This document shows positions 38,197 to 47,394 of a stretch of DNA of 64,000 nt, in pieces. A program made the translations under genes and the position numbers. The notes below the pieces were generated by a model. The model was not told where the DNA came from, made no database searches, and was given only the letters and a program-made list of their open reading frames with translations. Source of the DNA: Endomicrobiia bacterium. Its GTDB lineage: Bacteria; Elusimicrobiota; Endomicrobiia; DTEH01. The stretch covers positions 1 through 64,000 of the forward strand of contig JBCNUU010000005.1 of the NCBI GenBank assembly GCA_039630545.1. The letters are read 5' to 3'. The number at the start of each line of letters is the position of its first letter. Positions within the stretch are counted from its first letter, which is position 1.

Positions 38197-40194
38197 TTAT
38201 TCCATAATAGATTTTTCTTTTTTAATGATGTCTACTATTGGAATTTTAGAAGAACATACATATTGACAACATCCACACTCTATGCATGTTTTTATATTGT
38301 ACCTATTAGCTTCTGATAAACTGCCCTTTTGGTAGCACTTTACAAACTCTAAAGGTTCAAGTTCCATAGGACATACATCCACACATCTTCCACATTTAAT
38401 GCATTTGTTTTGGTGGTTTTCTTCTATATATTTTTTTATTATTAAAATACCATTACACCCTTTAATTATAGAAGTAGTAAAGTCTTCTATCTCAGTTCCT
38501 GTCATATACCCTCCATATTTTATTTTAAACTCATCTGTTAAAAATTCTTTATTGTAGCATTTTTGCAAAATGTCTTTAAGCACGGTTCCTATTTTGATTT
38601 TGTAGTTGCCATATTCTTTTTTTATTTTTTCTTCTCCTGAGATGGTGACTATTCTTTCTATAAGTGGCAATCCTTTTACTACAGCATTATATATCGCAAA
38701 TACTGTTGATACATTCTGGACAAGAAATCCAAAATCCAATGGTATTTTATCATACGGTATATAAACATTAAAGAGTTTTTTTATTAAGATTTTCTCAGCG
38801 CCGTGAGGATATTTTGTTTTGAGTACAACTATTTCAACTCCTTCAGGTTTTATCTCGTTTAATTTCTGTATTGCCTGGGGTTTGTTGTCTTCTATAACAA
38901 GCAGAATTTTTTTTGGTTCAATAAGATATTTTATTATTTTAACACCTTCAAAAACTTCTTCTGAGTGTTCTATCATAATTCTATTATCAGCGTTTAAGTA
39001 AGGTTCACATTCACAACCATTTATTATTAGAGTATGTATAGGTTTTGGAGGCTGCAATTTTACATGGGTAGGAAACACGGCTCCACCTAATCCTACAATA
39101 CCTGCTTCTGAAATTGCTTCTATTATTTGTTGTTTTGGAAGTTTTGTCCACTCAGAGCATGGTTTTATTTCATCTGTTATGTTTTCTTTGAAGTCGTTTT
39201 CTATCACTACAGCAGGCAGTTTTTTTTGTAGTTTAGGATGGAGTACTTCTTTAAATCCTAAAACTTTTCCACTTACAGGAGAGTGTAAGTTTGAAGAAAT
39301 AAGTCCATCTTTTTTTGCGATTTTTTGTCCGATTTTTACATAATCGCCTTCTTTGACTAGAGGAATAGATGGTTTTCCTGTGTGTTGTAAAAGAAATAAA
39401 GTTAAAAATTGTGTTTCTGGGAATTTCTTAATTGCGATGTCTTCTGTAATTTCTTTTTTTTCAACAGGGTGAACCCCACCATAAAAATTATTTATTCTTA
39501 TTTCTAAATTGTTATCTACATTTTGTTTATGTTGAGAATAATTCATTATATTATGGTTTCTTATCAGCACACTATTCATAAAAGAAGTTAAATCTTCATT
39601 TTCTAATTTTTTGCAAATTTTCTCCCAGCCACAATCTTTTGTTTTGTCAACTTCACATTTTCCATTTTTTGCACCACCACATGGTCCGTTAAGTAAAGAT
39701 TTAGAACAATAAACTATAGGACAGATACCTTTCGTATAATTAAGATAACATTCACCACAGGTTGCACAAAAGGTTAAATTGTTTAGGTTTATGCCATGCT
39801 GAATTACTCCAGCAGTAGAGTTATAGGAGGGCTGAACTGAATCTGTAAAGGATATGGTTTCTTTTGGAACAATATCAGCTACAAACTGTACACCAATTCC
39901 ACAACTTACTACACCAACAACCTCTACATAAGGATAATCGTTGTAAGCAGTAATGATTTTCTGTTTGTTAAAATAAGAATTGCATAAAAAATTTAGTTTA
40001 AGACAAAACAATAAATTCTTATTACGAGTAGTCAGAAGGTTGATGATTTCTTTACATTGGTAAGAAAAATTTTCTAATGATAACTTCTCATAGCATCCAT
40101 TACAAATAACTATTCCGATATTATTTTTATCTTTTATAAGTTCTAAAATTTCATTTTCTGGTTTAGTTTTAAATTTTATAAAATTTACCCTCAT
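38197..40194 (-). CDS. rnfC2: RnfC2-type subunit: N-terminal MetV-like domain plus RnfC (NADH/FMN, two 4Fe-4S)
   Basis: First ~220 aa carry MetV Cys motifs. Then GGVHP, HSPVSG, GLGGAVFPTHVK, INGCECEPYL, YPHG.EK, CIKCGRC..VCP and CIECGCC..VC. Confidence 0.88.
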   Translation of the reverse strand: MRVNFIKFKTKPENEILELIKDKNNIGIVICNGCYEKLSLENFSYQCKEIINLLTTRNKNLLFCLKLNFLCNSYFNKQKIITAYNDYPYVEVVGVVSCGIGVQFVADIVPKETISFTDSVQPSYNSTAGVIQHGINLNNLTFCATCGECYLNYTKGICPIVYCSKSLLNGPCGGAKNGKCEVDKTKDCGWEKICKKLENEDLTSFMNSVLIRNHNIMNYSQHKQNVDNNLEIRINNFYGGVHPVEKKEITEDIAIKKFPETQFLTLFLLQHTGKPSIPLVKEGDYVKIGQKIAKKDGLISSNLHSPVSGKVLGFKEVLHPKLQKKLPAVVIENDFKENITDEIKPCSEWTKLPKQQIIEAISEAGIVGLGGAVFPTHVKLQPPKPIHTLIINGCECEPYLNADNRIMIEHSEEVFEGVKIIKYLIEPKKILLVIEDNKPQAIQKLNEIKPEGVEIVVLKTKYPHGAEKILIKKLFNVYIPYDKIPLDFGFLVQNVSTVFAIYNAVVKGLPLIERIVTISGEEKIKKEYGNYKIKIGTVLKDILQKCYNKEFLTDEFKIKYGGYMTGTEIEDFTTSIIKGCNGILIIKKYIEENHQNKCIKCGRCVDVCPMELEPLEFVKCYQKGSLSEANRYNIKTCIECGCCQYVCSSKIPIVDIIKKEKSIME
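39616..39708. repeat. 93-bp perfect direct repeat, copy 2 (in the MetV-like domain of rnfC2)
   Basis: Identical to 37649-37741. Encodes CSKSLLNGPCGGAKNGKCEVDKTKDCGWEKI. Confidence 0.93.
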
Positions 40195-40242
40195 TTCAGT
40201 TATTCAAAATTTATGCGAACCAATATCCAGCTTTAAGATAAA

Positions 40243-42459
40243 TCACATCAAAGGTGGTAAAGATAAGGCTGGATGATTGACTTTTGTTAAGTGTTCAAGC
40301 AACTGCTGTGGATCTGTAGTTATTGTTTCATCTGCTATTTTTTCTAACAAATCTGGTTCTCCTATTTCTTCACAGCGTTTTTTGAGTTTTTCATATAACA
40401 TATCTTTTAATTCTTTAGTCATCCAGACAATTCGTTTAAGTCCACCTTCTGGAAGTAAAAACTTTTTGCTTACTAAATATAATCTTCCCACACCTAAAAA
40501 CCCTGGAATCTGATTTCCGCCACCTACAGAACCTGCTAAAGTTGAAAATGTCATTCCACAGGGCGTCATACCAGTATATCCTCGGTTTACTACCATAAAA
40601 CCATTACATTCTGGAAGAATAGCTATGATACACTCAAAGCATCCACAGGATGTAGTTGGATATTCCATGATAGAATAATTCAAAAACCTTTCAACTGCAC
40701 CATGTGATGCTTCGTGGACAAATTTATTAACCCCTTCCCATTCTCCTTTTAAAGGATCAATACATCTTCCTTTTATAATAGGTTGGTTCATCCCTTTAGG
40801 ATTAATTTCATAAGCTGCTTTTCCATCAATCCAGTTATATGCTCCACAAAGACCAATCTTTTCTGGAGTAATTACACAAACATGGTTTGGCGCATAACTC
40901 TGACATAAGGTGCATGAATAAAAAGTATCCACAGCTTCATCAGTTAATCCAGCAAGACGAGTATCACGTTCATCATAAATTTTTAATATCTGTGGCAACA
41001 ATTCCTTAATTTTTGTTTCGTCAGTATAAATTTTAACCTGAACTTTATCTACCAGTGCAGGAAAATCTTCTAAAAATTTTGCAACTAAAATTTTACCAAA
41101 ATGTTTTAGTCTAAATCCTGAATTATATGCTTCTTTTGAAATTCTTATCCAGTTTTGATTTCTTTGTCCCATATGAAATATACCTTTTGCAAAGCTTATA
41201 TAGTGGTGGATTTGTCTTTCTAAAATAGATTCAAAGTCTTTTTGCATTTTTCTTCCTGCTACTTCTACAACTATACCTAGAGGCATTGCAAAAGGTAACT
41301 TGTCGGATTCAACTTTTACTTCGTCTATATCATGACCAACAACTTCTATTTTTCCATTTTCAATTTCCTCAAAGGATCTCATTAAAACTACTTCAAAAGA
41401 TGTGGAGTATTTGCCTCCAAATTCTACATAAGTTTCTTCTTTTCTTACTCGTTCTCCTTCAAAAGCAGCCCCAAATGCTACCGGGATATCTATTTTTGAA
41501 ATTTTAATTTTAAGACCGCGAATTTCTATAGCTTTGTTTACAATTTCTTCTTGAGGTACAGGAGAAACTACATATTCATAAGTACCAACTCCACTTGAAA
41601 GTATCTGACCAATATCTGTATCTGCAACTACAGGAAAACCAAAGTTTATAGCACCCGCAGCTGTTGCAAATTTTTCTTCATCTACTTCTCCTAAGGCAAT
41701 AATAAACGCAAATACTCGTTCTTTGTTGTATAAAAGTATATCTTTTGCTTTGCCAGGTTGAATTCCTCCAAAAGACATTGCTGCTCTTGTTGCAAAATTT
41801 AAAGCATAAACTGTGGATGTTATATCGGTCCCGTGAGGAACCAAAAATACATCCCAGCCCATCTGAATTCCTTCCTGAGCAAGTTGTTGTGCTATACAGA
41901 TCTTTTTTCCGTTTACAAGAGAAGTGGCTGACATAAATACGAGTATATTTCTTTCTTGCAACTGAGTTATTATTTTTTTTGCAGTGTCAACATCAGAAGG
42001 AGCACCTACTATTGTTGCAAAACCAGGCATTCTTCCATCTACAAGTTTAATGCCCTGTTCTCTTAAAATCATATCATTTGTAAAACCTACCCAGAAATCA
42101 TGGTTAGGTTTGGGATGATAGTCTGGTAATGAATATTTAAGTGCTTCAATAATTTCTTCAGCAAATAAAGTAGCTATACCAGCGTCAAGGGTATCACCTA
42201 AATAGGTTAACCAAAGTTCTTCCGAAGGAAGCACTGGCAGCAATTTTTTTGTATATTCAATCATAGGGAACAAATCACCCAATTTTTGAATTTTTTCTGC
42301 AGTCATAGCATATATAAAAGGTAAATAATAAGCAGTGTCTGGAAAACCAACCGGCAGTTCTTTGCCATATTTTTCAATTGCTTTATTTAGCATCTCTTCT
42401 GCACGAGCTACAATTTTGTGTGCTCCCAAAATTGCTTTTGTAGCAATCATCTTTGACAT
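40243..42459 (-). CDS. acsB: Acetyl-CoA synthase (bacterial-type ACS), intact
   Basis: FPDTAYYLP motif. All six A-cluster Cys are present (FYSCTLCQSYAPNHVC, GLCGA, TSCGCFE). SD AAGGAG. Confidence 0.96.
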   Translation of the reverse strand: MSKMIATKAILGAHKIVARAEEMLNKAIEKYGKELPVGFPDTAYYLPFIYAMTAEKIQKLGDLFPMIEYTKKLLPVLPSEELWLTYLGDTLDAGIATLFAEEIIEALKYSLPDYHPKPNHDFWVGFTNDMILREQGIKLVDGRMPGFATIVGAPSDVDTAKKIITQLQERNILVFMSATSLVNGKKICIAQQLAQEGIQMGWDVFLVPHGTDITSTVYALNFATRAAMSFGGIQPGKAKDILLYNKERVFAFIIALGEVDEEKFATAAGAINFGFPVVADTDIGQILSSGVGTYEYVVSPVPQEEIVNKAIEIRGLKIKISKIDIPVAFGAAFEGERVRKEETYVEFGGKYSTSFEVVLMRSFEEIENGKIEVVGHDIDEVKVESDKLPFAMPLGIVVEVAGRKMQKDFESILERQIHHYISFAKGIFHMGQRNQNWIRISKEAYNSGFRLKHFGKILVAKFLEDFPALVDKVQVKIYTDETKIKELLPQILKIYDERDTRLAGLTDEAVDTFYSCTLCQSYAPNHVCVITPEKIGLCGAYNWIDGKAAYEINPKGMNQPIIKGRCIDPLKGEWEGVNKFVHEASHGAVERFLNYSIMEYPTTSCGCFECIIAILPECNGFMVVNRGYTGMTPCGMTFSTLAGSVGGGNQIPGFLGVGRLYLVSKKFLLPEGGLKRIVWMTKELKDMLYEKLKKRCEEIGEPDLLEKIADETITTDPQQLLEHLTKVNHPALSLPPLM

Positions 42460-43082
42460 AGTTTTTTTCTCCTTTTTTAATTTCAGTGCTTCTCGTTTTT
42501 TATTTTAAAGGATCTGGTTTAAATACATATTTTCTTCTAATAATTTTTTCAACTTCTTGAGTGCAAAATTTTACAACATTTTATGCTTCTGTTACATGAT
42601 ATGGAGTTCCAAAAAATACAAGTACTCAAGAAGCTACAAAGTAGCATCCTATTGTTATTGCCTTATTGTTATTGCCTTTTCTGAATACCATTAAAACACA
42701 GCACCTGCTATTGGCATTCGTCTAACGAGTTACAAATGTCTTCTTCTTTCAACATAGCATAACATGCAATAAGAATTCTTGAGTTGTCAACACAAGAATC
42801 AAAATGTAACACAGGTGGCATCCCTACTGCTTTGCAGATCTCCTGCAGCCCTTTACCTGCGTATTCAAAAGCAACTTCTGATTTCATCAAACCTTCTTTT
42901 GGGCACTCAATAGCAACACAGTCTGTTTCTACAACTAACACATCATGTTTTAAAAGTTCATTGGGCGTTATTACATGCTAATGTCCACTTAATAATTTTG
43001 GATTGCTATACCTTACAAGTCCTACAACACCGCAAATTCTTCCATCGCAAATAGCATCATTTTTTATGCTATATTTAGCCAT
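42460..43082 (-). pseudogene. cooS: Ni,Fe CO dehydrogenase pseudogene
   Basis: Manual translation: MAKYSIK|NDAICDGRICGVVGLVRYSNPK...*...DVLVVETDC...GMPPVLHFDSCVDNSRI, then a frameshift to PIAGA..WYSEKAITI-GCYFVAS*...PDP..KKREALKL. Large N-terminal deletion, stops and frameshifts. Confidence 0.9.
42651..42678. repeat. 14-bp tandem duplication (ATTGTTATTGCCTT x2) frameshifting cooS
   Basis: Directly visible in the sequence. Confidence 0.9.
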
Positions 43083-43389
43083 AGGTTATTTTCATAGCAA
43101 ATCTTTTTTATTTTTCAGGGAATTTTGTGGGAATAGAAAAAATCACCTTTTTATTTCTCAAATTCTTTAGGTATTTTGTGAACAAACTTTTTTGCTATTA
43201 AATTTTTTAGATTTGGTGTCTGTTTGAAAATCAAATTCTTTGGTTATAATTTTGAGTTTTTTATAGTTCTACTAGTTTCAAGATTTAATTCTTCTATGAT
43301 TTGTTTTACTTTTAGTGTGGTTTGATTCTGTGTTTTAACTTCTGATGAAATAGAATAACTCCTTTTTATATGTTAATGAAAATTGACTT

Positions 43390-44030
43390 TACTTTTTGGA
43401 AAAAACTGAAGAAGATAATTTTATTTTGCTTTCTTCAAATTTTTGCAAAGGTTTATTAAAATTTATATAATTTTATATTTTTTTTCAACTGTTGTTAAAT
43501 GAAAATTAGATCAGGTTGTGTAGTGATTTTTTTTGCAATAATGTTTACTTTTTTAATTTTTAATTCTTCTGCTAGATTTAAAATTCTTTGTGTAGTTTGT
43601 ATACTTTTTAATGTAGGTTCTGTCAAAATAAAAAGTGTATAATATATTTCTTGTTGTTTTTCGTGTTAGTACTTCTATTTCCTGCAAGGAGGTTTATAAT
43701 TATGACTTCATCTGTGTTTAAAATTAAATGTGTAAGTAAACTTTTAAGAAAAGCATTTTCAGGGCAATAACAGCCACTATCTGCTTTCTTTATTATAAGT
43801 AAGTATAAATTTTCTCTTTTAAAAGAATACTTTTCAGAAACATCGCTTACTTTCGTATTAAGTATATAGAACCCAGTTTTAAGTTTTAAGGTTTAAGTTT
43901 TAAGGTTTGACTTGGTTCTTTCTTCTATTAAATGCTTAAGTTCAGATATAAGGGTAATATTTTTAAGCTCTTTAGGAAATTCTAATGTAAAACCTAAATT
44001 TCCATTAGGGTTTGCATCTGTAGCATTATA
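43390..44030 (-). pseudogene. cooC: CooC1-type CODH nickel-insertion ATPase pseudogene
   Basis: Manual translation: ATDANPNGNLGFTL..ITLISELKHLIEERT..GFYILNTKVSDVSEKY..SGCYCPENAFLKSLLTHLIL..AG/IEVLTR../TEPTLKSIQT..LAEELKIK. Walker A region missing, several frameshifts. Confidence 0.88.
43881..43908. repeat. 14-bp tandem duplication (AAGTTTTAAGGTTT x2) disrupting cooC
   Basis: Directly visible in the sequence. Confidence 0.9.
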
Positions 44031-44039
44031 TATTCTATT

Positions 44040-44250
44040 ATCCAATGGACATACATTTACATAAATTCCACAGCGACTAGATATTAAAATTTCTTTTTCT
44101 TTGTTTTAAAAATCTCCACGGTTAAAAAAGCAAAAATCCTGAAGTACAGACAAATTATCATTAATCGGTATAAAAAAACTCATGATAACTAAAAATATGA
44201 AAGATGAACTAATTGTTGTAAAGATGCTATAATCTATCTAAAGGAATAAA
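44040..44250 (-). pseudogene. Remnant of a 4Fe-4S-binding, possibly membrane-bound protein
   Basis: Eroded ferredoxin motif SSRCGIYVNVCPLD (CxxCxxCxxxCP-like) running directly into the cooC remnant. Hydrophobic FIFLVIMSFFIP upstream. Confidence 0.4.
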
Positions 44251-44410
44251 TTTATATAACTATCAATTATCCTTTCGAATATAAGAAAAAGTATATCGTG
44301 ATAGACACATCTTGCATATGGATTTCACACCACATTCTTTCAAACAGTTAAAATTAAAAATAAAAAAATACGAGGAAACAAAACTTTATTGTTTGTAAAC
44401 TTTATTGACT

Positions 44411-44712
44411 CTAAAAGAAAATGCATAAAACATATTCTAAATTGCCTTCAGGTATTTCAGTATAAAATTTTTTATTAAAACCTTTTAAATCCACAGTAAC
44501 TGCGTCTGCATATTTTATTAACTCTTTTAAAGGAATAGGATTAACAGAACCATTTGTATGAAACAGCACTTTTAATCCTTTTTGTTTTGCTAATTTAGCA
44601 ATATCATATATATATTCATAAAAAATTGTTGGTTCATTTATATTGTGAGAAATTGATTTGCAGTTATTTCTTATTGCTTCTTTAATTACTTGTTGTGGTG
44701 TATAATTATTAT
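44411..44712 (-). pseudogene. Internal fragment of an AmmeMemoRadiSam-type radical SAM enzyme
   Basis: TPQQVIKEAIRNNCKSISHNINEPTIFYEYIYDIAKLAKQKGLKVLFHTNGSVNP.PLKEL...DAVTVDLKGF..KFY. No start, no CxxxCxxC motif, truncated C-terminus. Confidence 0.8.
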
Positions 44713-44834
44713 ATGGAAAAATTGCTATGTATGAATGTAGTTATTCATTAAAATAATATGTAATGTTATAGCGAAATAATTGCCACTTTTTTGAAAAGAA
44801 ACTGTAACTTTATTGCTATTTTTTAATCGTTATT

Positions 44835-46544
44835 TTAAAATAATCCTATAACTTTTCCATTTTCATCAATATCAACTTTTGTACCAGCAGGAACCGAAGG
44901 AAGGCCTGGCATAGTTCTTATTTCTCCACACAATGGAGACAAAAATCCAGCACCAATAGATGCTCTAATATCTTTTATTGGCAACACAAAATCTTTTGGT
45001 CTTCCTTTCCAGGAAGGTTCATGAGAAATTGAAAGATGTGTTTTAGCCATACAAATAGGAAGTTTATCCCAACCAAGTTCTGTATATAATTTTATTTTTT
45101 CCTCTGCAACAGAAGAATATTGAACCTCTTTTGCACCGTAAATTTTTGTAGCTATAATGTGAATTTTATCTTTAATAGGGATATCTAATGGATAAAGAAA
45201 TTTAAAATTATTAGGTTTATTAGCTGTTTTAATTACTGCAAAAGCAAGATCTTTGCCTCCCTCTCCACCTTTTGCCCATACTTCAGAGACTACTGCTTCT
45301 TCTGCACCAAAATCTTTTGCACGCTTTTGTATTAAAGAAATTTCTTTGTCTGTGTCGGTTGTAAATCTATTTATTGCTACCACTACTGGAACTCCGTGAA
45401 TTAGAACATTTTCTATTTGTTTTTCTAAATTACATAACCCTTCTTCTAATAGTTGTAAATTTTCTTTTGTTAACTCTTCAGGTAAAGGTTTTCCTGGAAG
45501 AACATTGATTTTTCCAGAATGCATCTTCAAAGCTCTCACTGTAGCTACCATTACTACACAGTGTGGTGTAAGTCCTGAATAACGGCATTTTATATTCATA
45601 AATTTTTCCATACCACAGTCTGCACCAAATCCGCTTTCTGTAACGACATATTCTGCAAGTTTGGTAGCAATAAGATCAGCAAGTATTGAACTATTTCCAT
45701 GAGCAATGTTAGCAAAAGGTCCTGTATGAACAAACACTGGGGTGTATTCTGTTGTTTGTAGAAGGTTTGGTTTTATAGCATCCTTAAGTAATACAGTCAT
45801 TGCTCCAGCAACTTTAATATCTTCTGCTGTTACGGGTTTATTATCGTAAGTAAATGCTACTACTACTTTAGAAAGACGTTTCCTGAGATCTTGTAAGGAA
45901 TTAGTTAACGCAAGAATCGCCATAAGTTCTGATGTACCAGAAATATCAAAACCACTACTCAAAGGCATTCCGTCATCACTTACAGGACCTAATCCAATTA
46001 TAATATTTCTTAAAAAACGTTCTGAAACATCCATTACATACCGCCATAAGATTTTTTTGGGGTCAATTGGAATTTGTCGTCTATAGAGTGCATTATTTAA
46101 AAATGCCATACATAAATTATGGGCTATAGAAACCGCATGTGTATCACCTGTAAGATGGAGATTGAAATCCTCCATGGGAAGAACTTGTGAATAGCCACCT
46201 CCTGCAGCTCCACCTTTTATACCAAACACTGGTCCCAAAGATGGTTGTCTTATACAGGTAAAAACTTTTTTTCCTAACTTTGCCAGTCCTAAAGAAAGTC
46301 CAATTGTAGTAATGGTTTTCCCTTCTCCAAGAGGAGTAGGTGTTATCGCCGTTACATCAATATATTTTGCTTGAGGGTTATTTTTAATTCTTTCTAAAAT
46401 TTCAAGTTTCACTTTAGCTTTATAGTCTCCATAGAGCTCCAATTCAGAAGGTAGTATTCCCGCCAGTTTAGCAATTTCAGTTATAGGTTTTAGTTTTATA
46501 CTCTGTGCTATTTCTATATCTGATGGAACTTCATAGTATGCCAT
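44835..46544 (-). CDS. fhs: Formate--tetrahydrofolate ligase
   Basis: TPTPLGEGKT, IKGGAAGGGYSQV, LHLTGD, GPFANIAHG, CMAKTHLS and TMPGLP motifs. Confidence 0.97.
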   Translation of the reverse strand: MAYYEVPSDIEIAQSIKLKPITEIAKLAGILPSELELYGDYKAKVKLEILERIKNNPQAKYIDVTAITPTPLGEGKTITTIGLSLGLAKLGKKVFTCIRQPSLGPVFGIKGGAAGGGYSQVLPMEDFNLHLTGDTHAVSIAHNLCMAFLNNALYRRQIPIDPKKILWRYVMDVSERFLRNIIIGLGPVSDDGMPLSSGFDISGTSELMAILALTNSLQDLRKRLSKVVVAFTYDNKPVTAEDIKVAGAMTVLLKDAIKPNLLQTTEYTPVFVHTGPFANIAHGNSSILADLIATKLAEYVVTESGFGADCGMEKFMNIKCRYSGLTPHCVVMVATVRALKMHSGKINVLPGKPLPEELTKENLQLLEEGLCNLEKQIENVLIHGVPVVVAINRFTTDTDKEISLIQKRAKDFGAEEAVVSEVWAKGGEGGKDLAFAVIKTANKPNNFKFLYPLDIPIKDKIHIIATKIYGAKEVQYSSVAEEKIKLYTELGWDKLPICMAKTHLSISHEPSWKGRPKDFVLPIKDIRASIGAGFLSPLCGEIRTMPGLPSVPAGTKVDIDENGKVIGLF

Positions 46545-46560
46545 AAGTTTTCACCTCCTT

Positions 46561-47355
46561 TTATTTTTTACGATAAGCCTCTAAGAACGACTCACAATAT
46601 AATTGTTTACCCAAAAGGAGTTCCGCAGTGATTATTGCATCCATAAGTTCTTTATCTAACGGATTTAAAATTGCACTATCTAAACCAGAAGCCAATGCTA
46701 ACACTACATAAGTTCGGTCAATTAAATTTCTATATTTTGTTCCTTGAGAAACATTAGATAATCCTAATAGAGTTTTAGGAGGTGGATCTGATACAAGTTT
46801 TATTTGCTGGATTACTTCTAATACGGCAGTAGCATTCTGTTGTGATACATTAATTGGTAGGATTACAGGATCTATAAATAAATTTTCTACATCATATTCG
46901 TACTCAACACATTTTTGAATAATGTTTGTTACTAACTCCATTTTACCTTGAACATCCTGTGGAACACCTGACTTTGAAATAGTTAGTGCTATAAGTTTCG
47001 CATTATATTTTTTTGCCATTGGGATGTAGATATCTAACTTTTCAAAGTCAGCATGTGTAGAATTTATGAAACATCCTTCTCCTTTGCTTGCTGTTTTGAG
47101 ACCTTCTTGCATTATTTCAGGTTTAGTAGTATCAATTGCTAAAGGTGCATCAGTTATTTCTCTAATAGTATTAATAAGCCACAACATATCTTCTAACGGA
47201 TTTATAGATTCAGGTCCTACATTTACATCCAGCGCATTAGCTCCTGCCTCAAGCTGTTGTTTAGCAAGCTCTTTAATAAACTCCGAGTTACGTTCTTTTA
47301 TTGCCTGGTTTACTTTTTTAAACATTCCGTTTATTTTTTCTCCTATGATATACAT
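46561..47355 (-). CDS. acsE: Methyl-THF:CoFeSP methyltransferase
   Basis: IIGEKINGMF, LDVNVG, LAIDTT, INS, IDP and GLSNVSQ pterin-binding barrel motifs, adjacent to fhs. Confidence 0.9.
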   Translation of the reverse strand: MYIIGEKINGMFKKVNQAIKERNSEFIKELAKQQLEAGANALDVNVGPESINPLEDMLWLINTIREITDAPLAIDTTKPEIMQEGLKTASKGEGCFINSTHADFEKLDIYIPMAKKYNAKLIALTISKSGVPQDVQGKMELVTNIIQKCVEYEYDVENLFIDPVILPINVSQQNATAVLEVIQQIKLVSDPPPKTLLGLSNVSQGTKYRNLIDRTYVVLALASGLDSAILNPLDKELMDAIITAELLLGKQLYCESFLEAYRKK

Positions 47356-47394
47356 TTTGATTGTTCCTCCGTAGTCCGTGAGGATATTATAATA

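Noticed and set aside
37649..39708. 93-bp repeat as a CRISPR, IS end or diversity-generating retroelement template
   Set aside because: Only two copies, both in-frame coding. No spacers, transposase, reverse transcriptase or adenine-specific differences.
38197..40194. rnfC as evidence of a respiratory Rnf complex at this locus
   Set aside because: No rnfDGEAB in the window. The MetV-like extension and context point to an MTHFR subunit.
42457..42500. cooS C-terminus (KKREALKL) reads in frame into the acsB ATG, suggesting a former CODH-ACS fusion
   Set aside because: acsB has its own well-spaced SD (AAGGAG) and a normal N-terminus. A lost stop codon in a pseudogene is the simpler explanation.
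42708..42941. 77-aa ORF as a functional mini-CODH
   Set aside because: It is a slice of the pseudogene between a stop and a frameshift, with mutated motifs.
42460..44720. Stop-codon recoding (Sec, Pyl or alternative code) rescuing the broken genes
   Set aside because: Lesions include all stop types, frameshifts, tandem duplications and large deletions, while neighbouring genes use the standard code.
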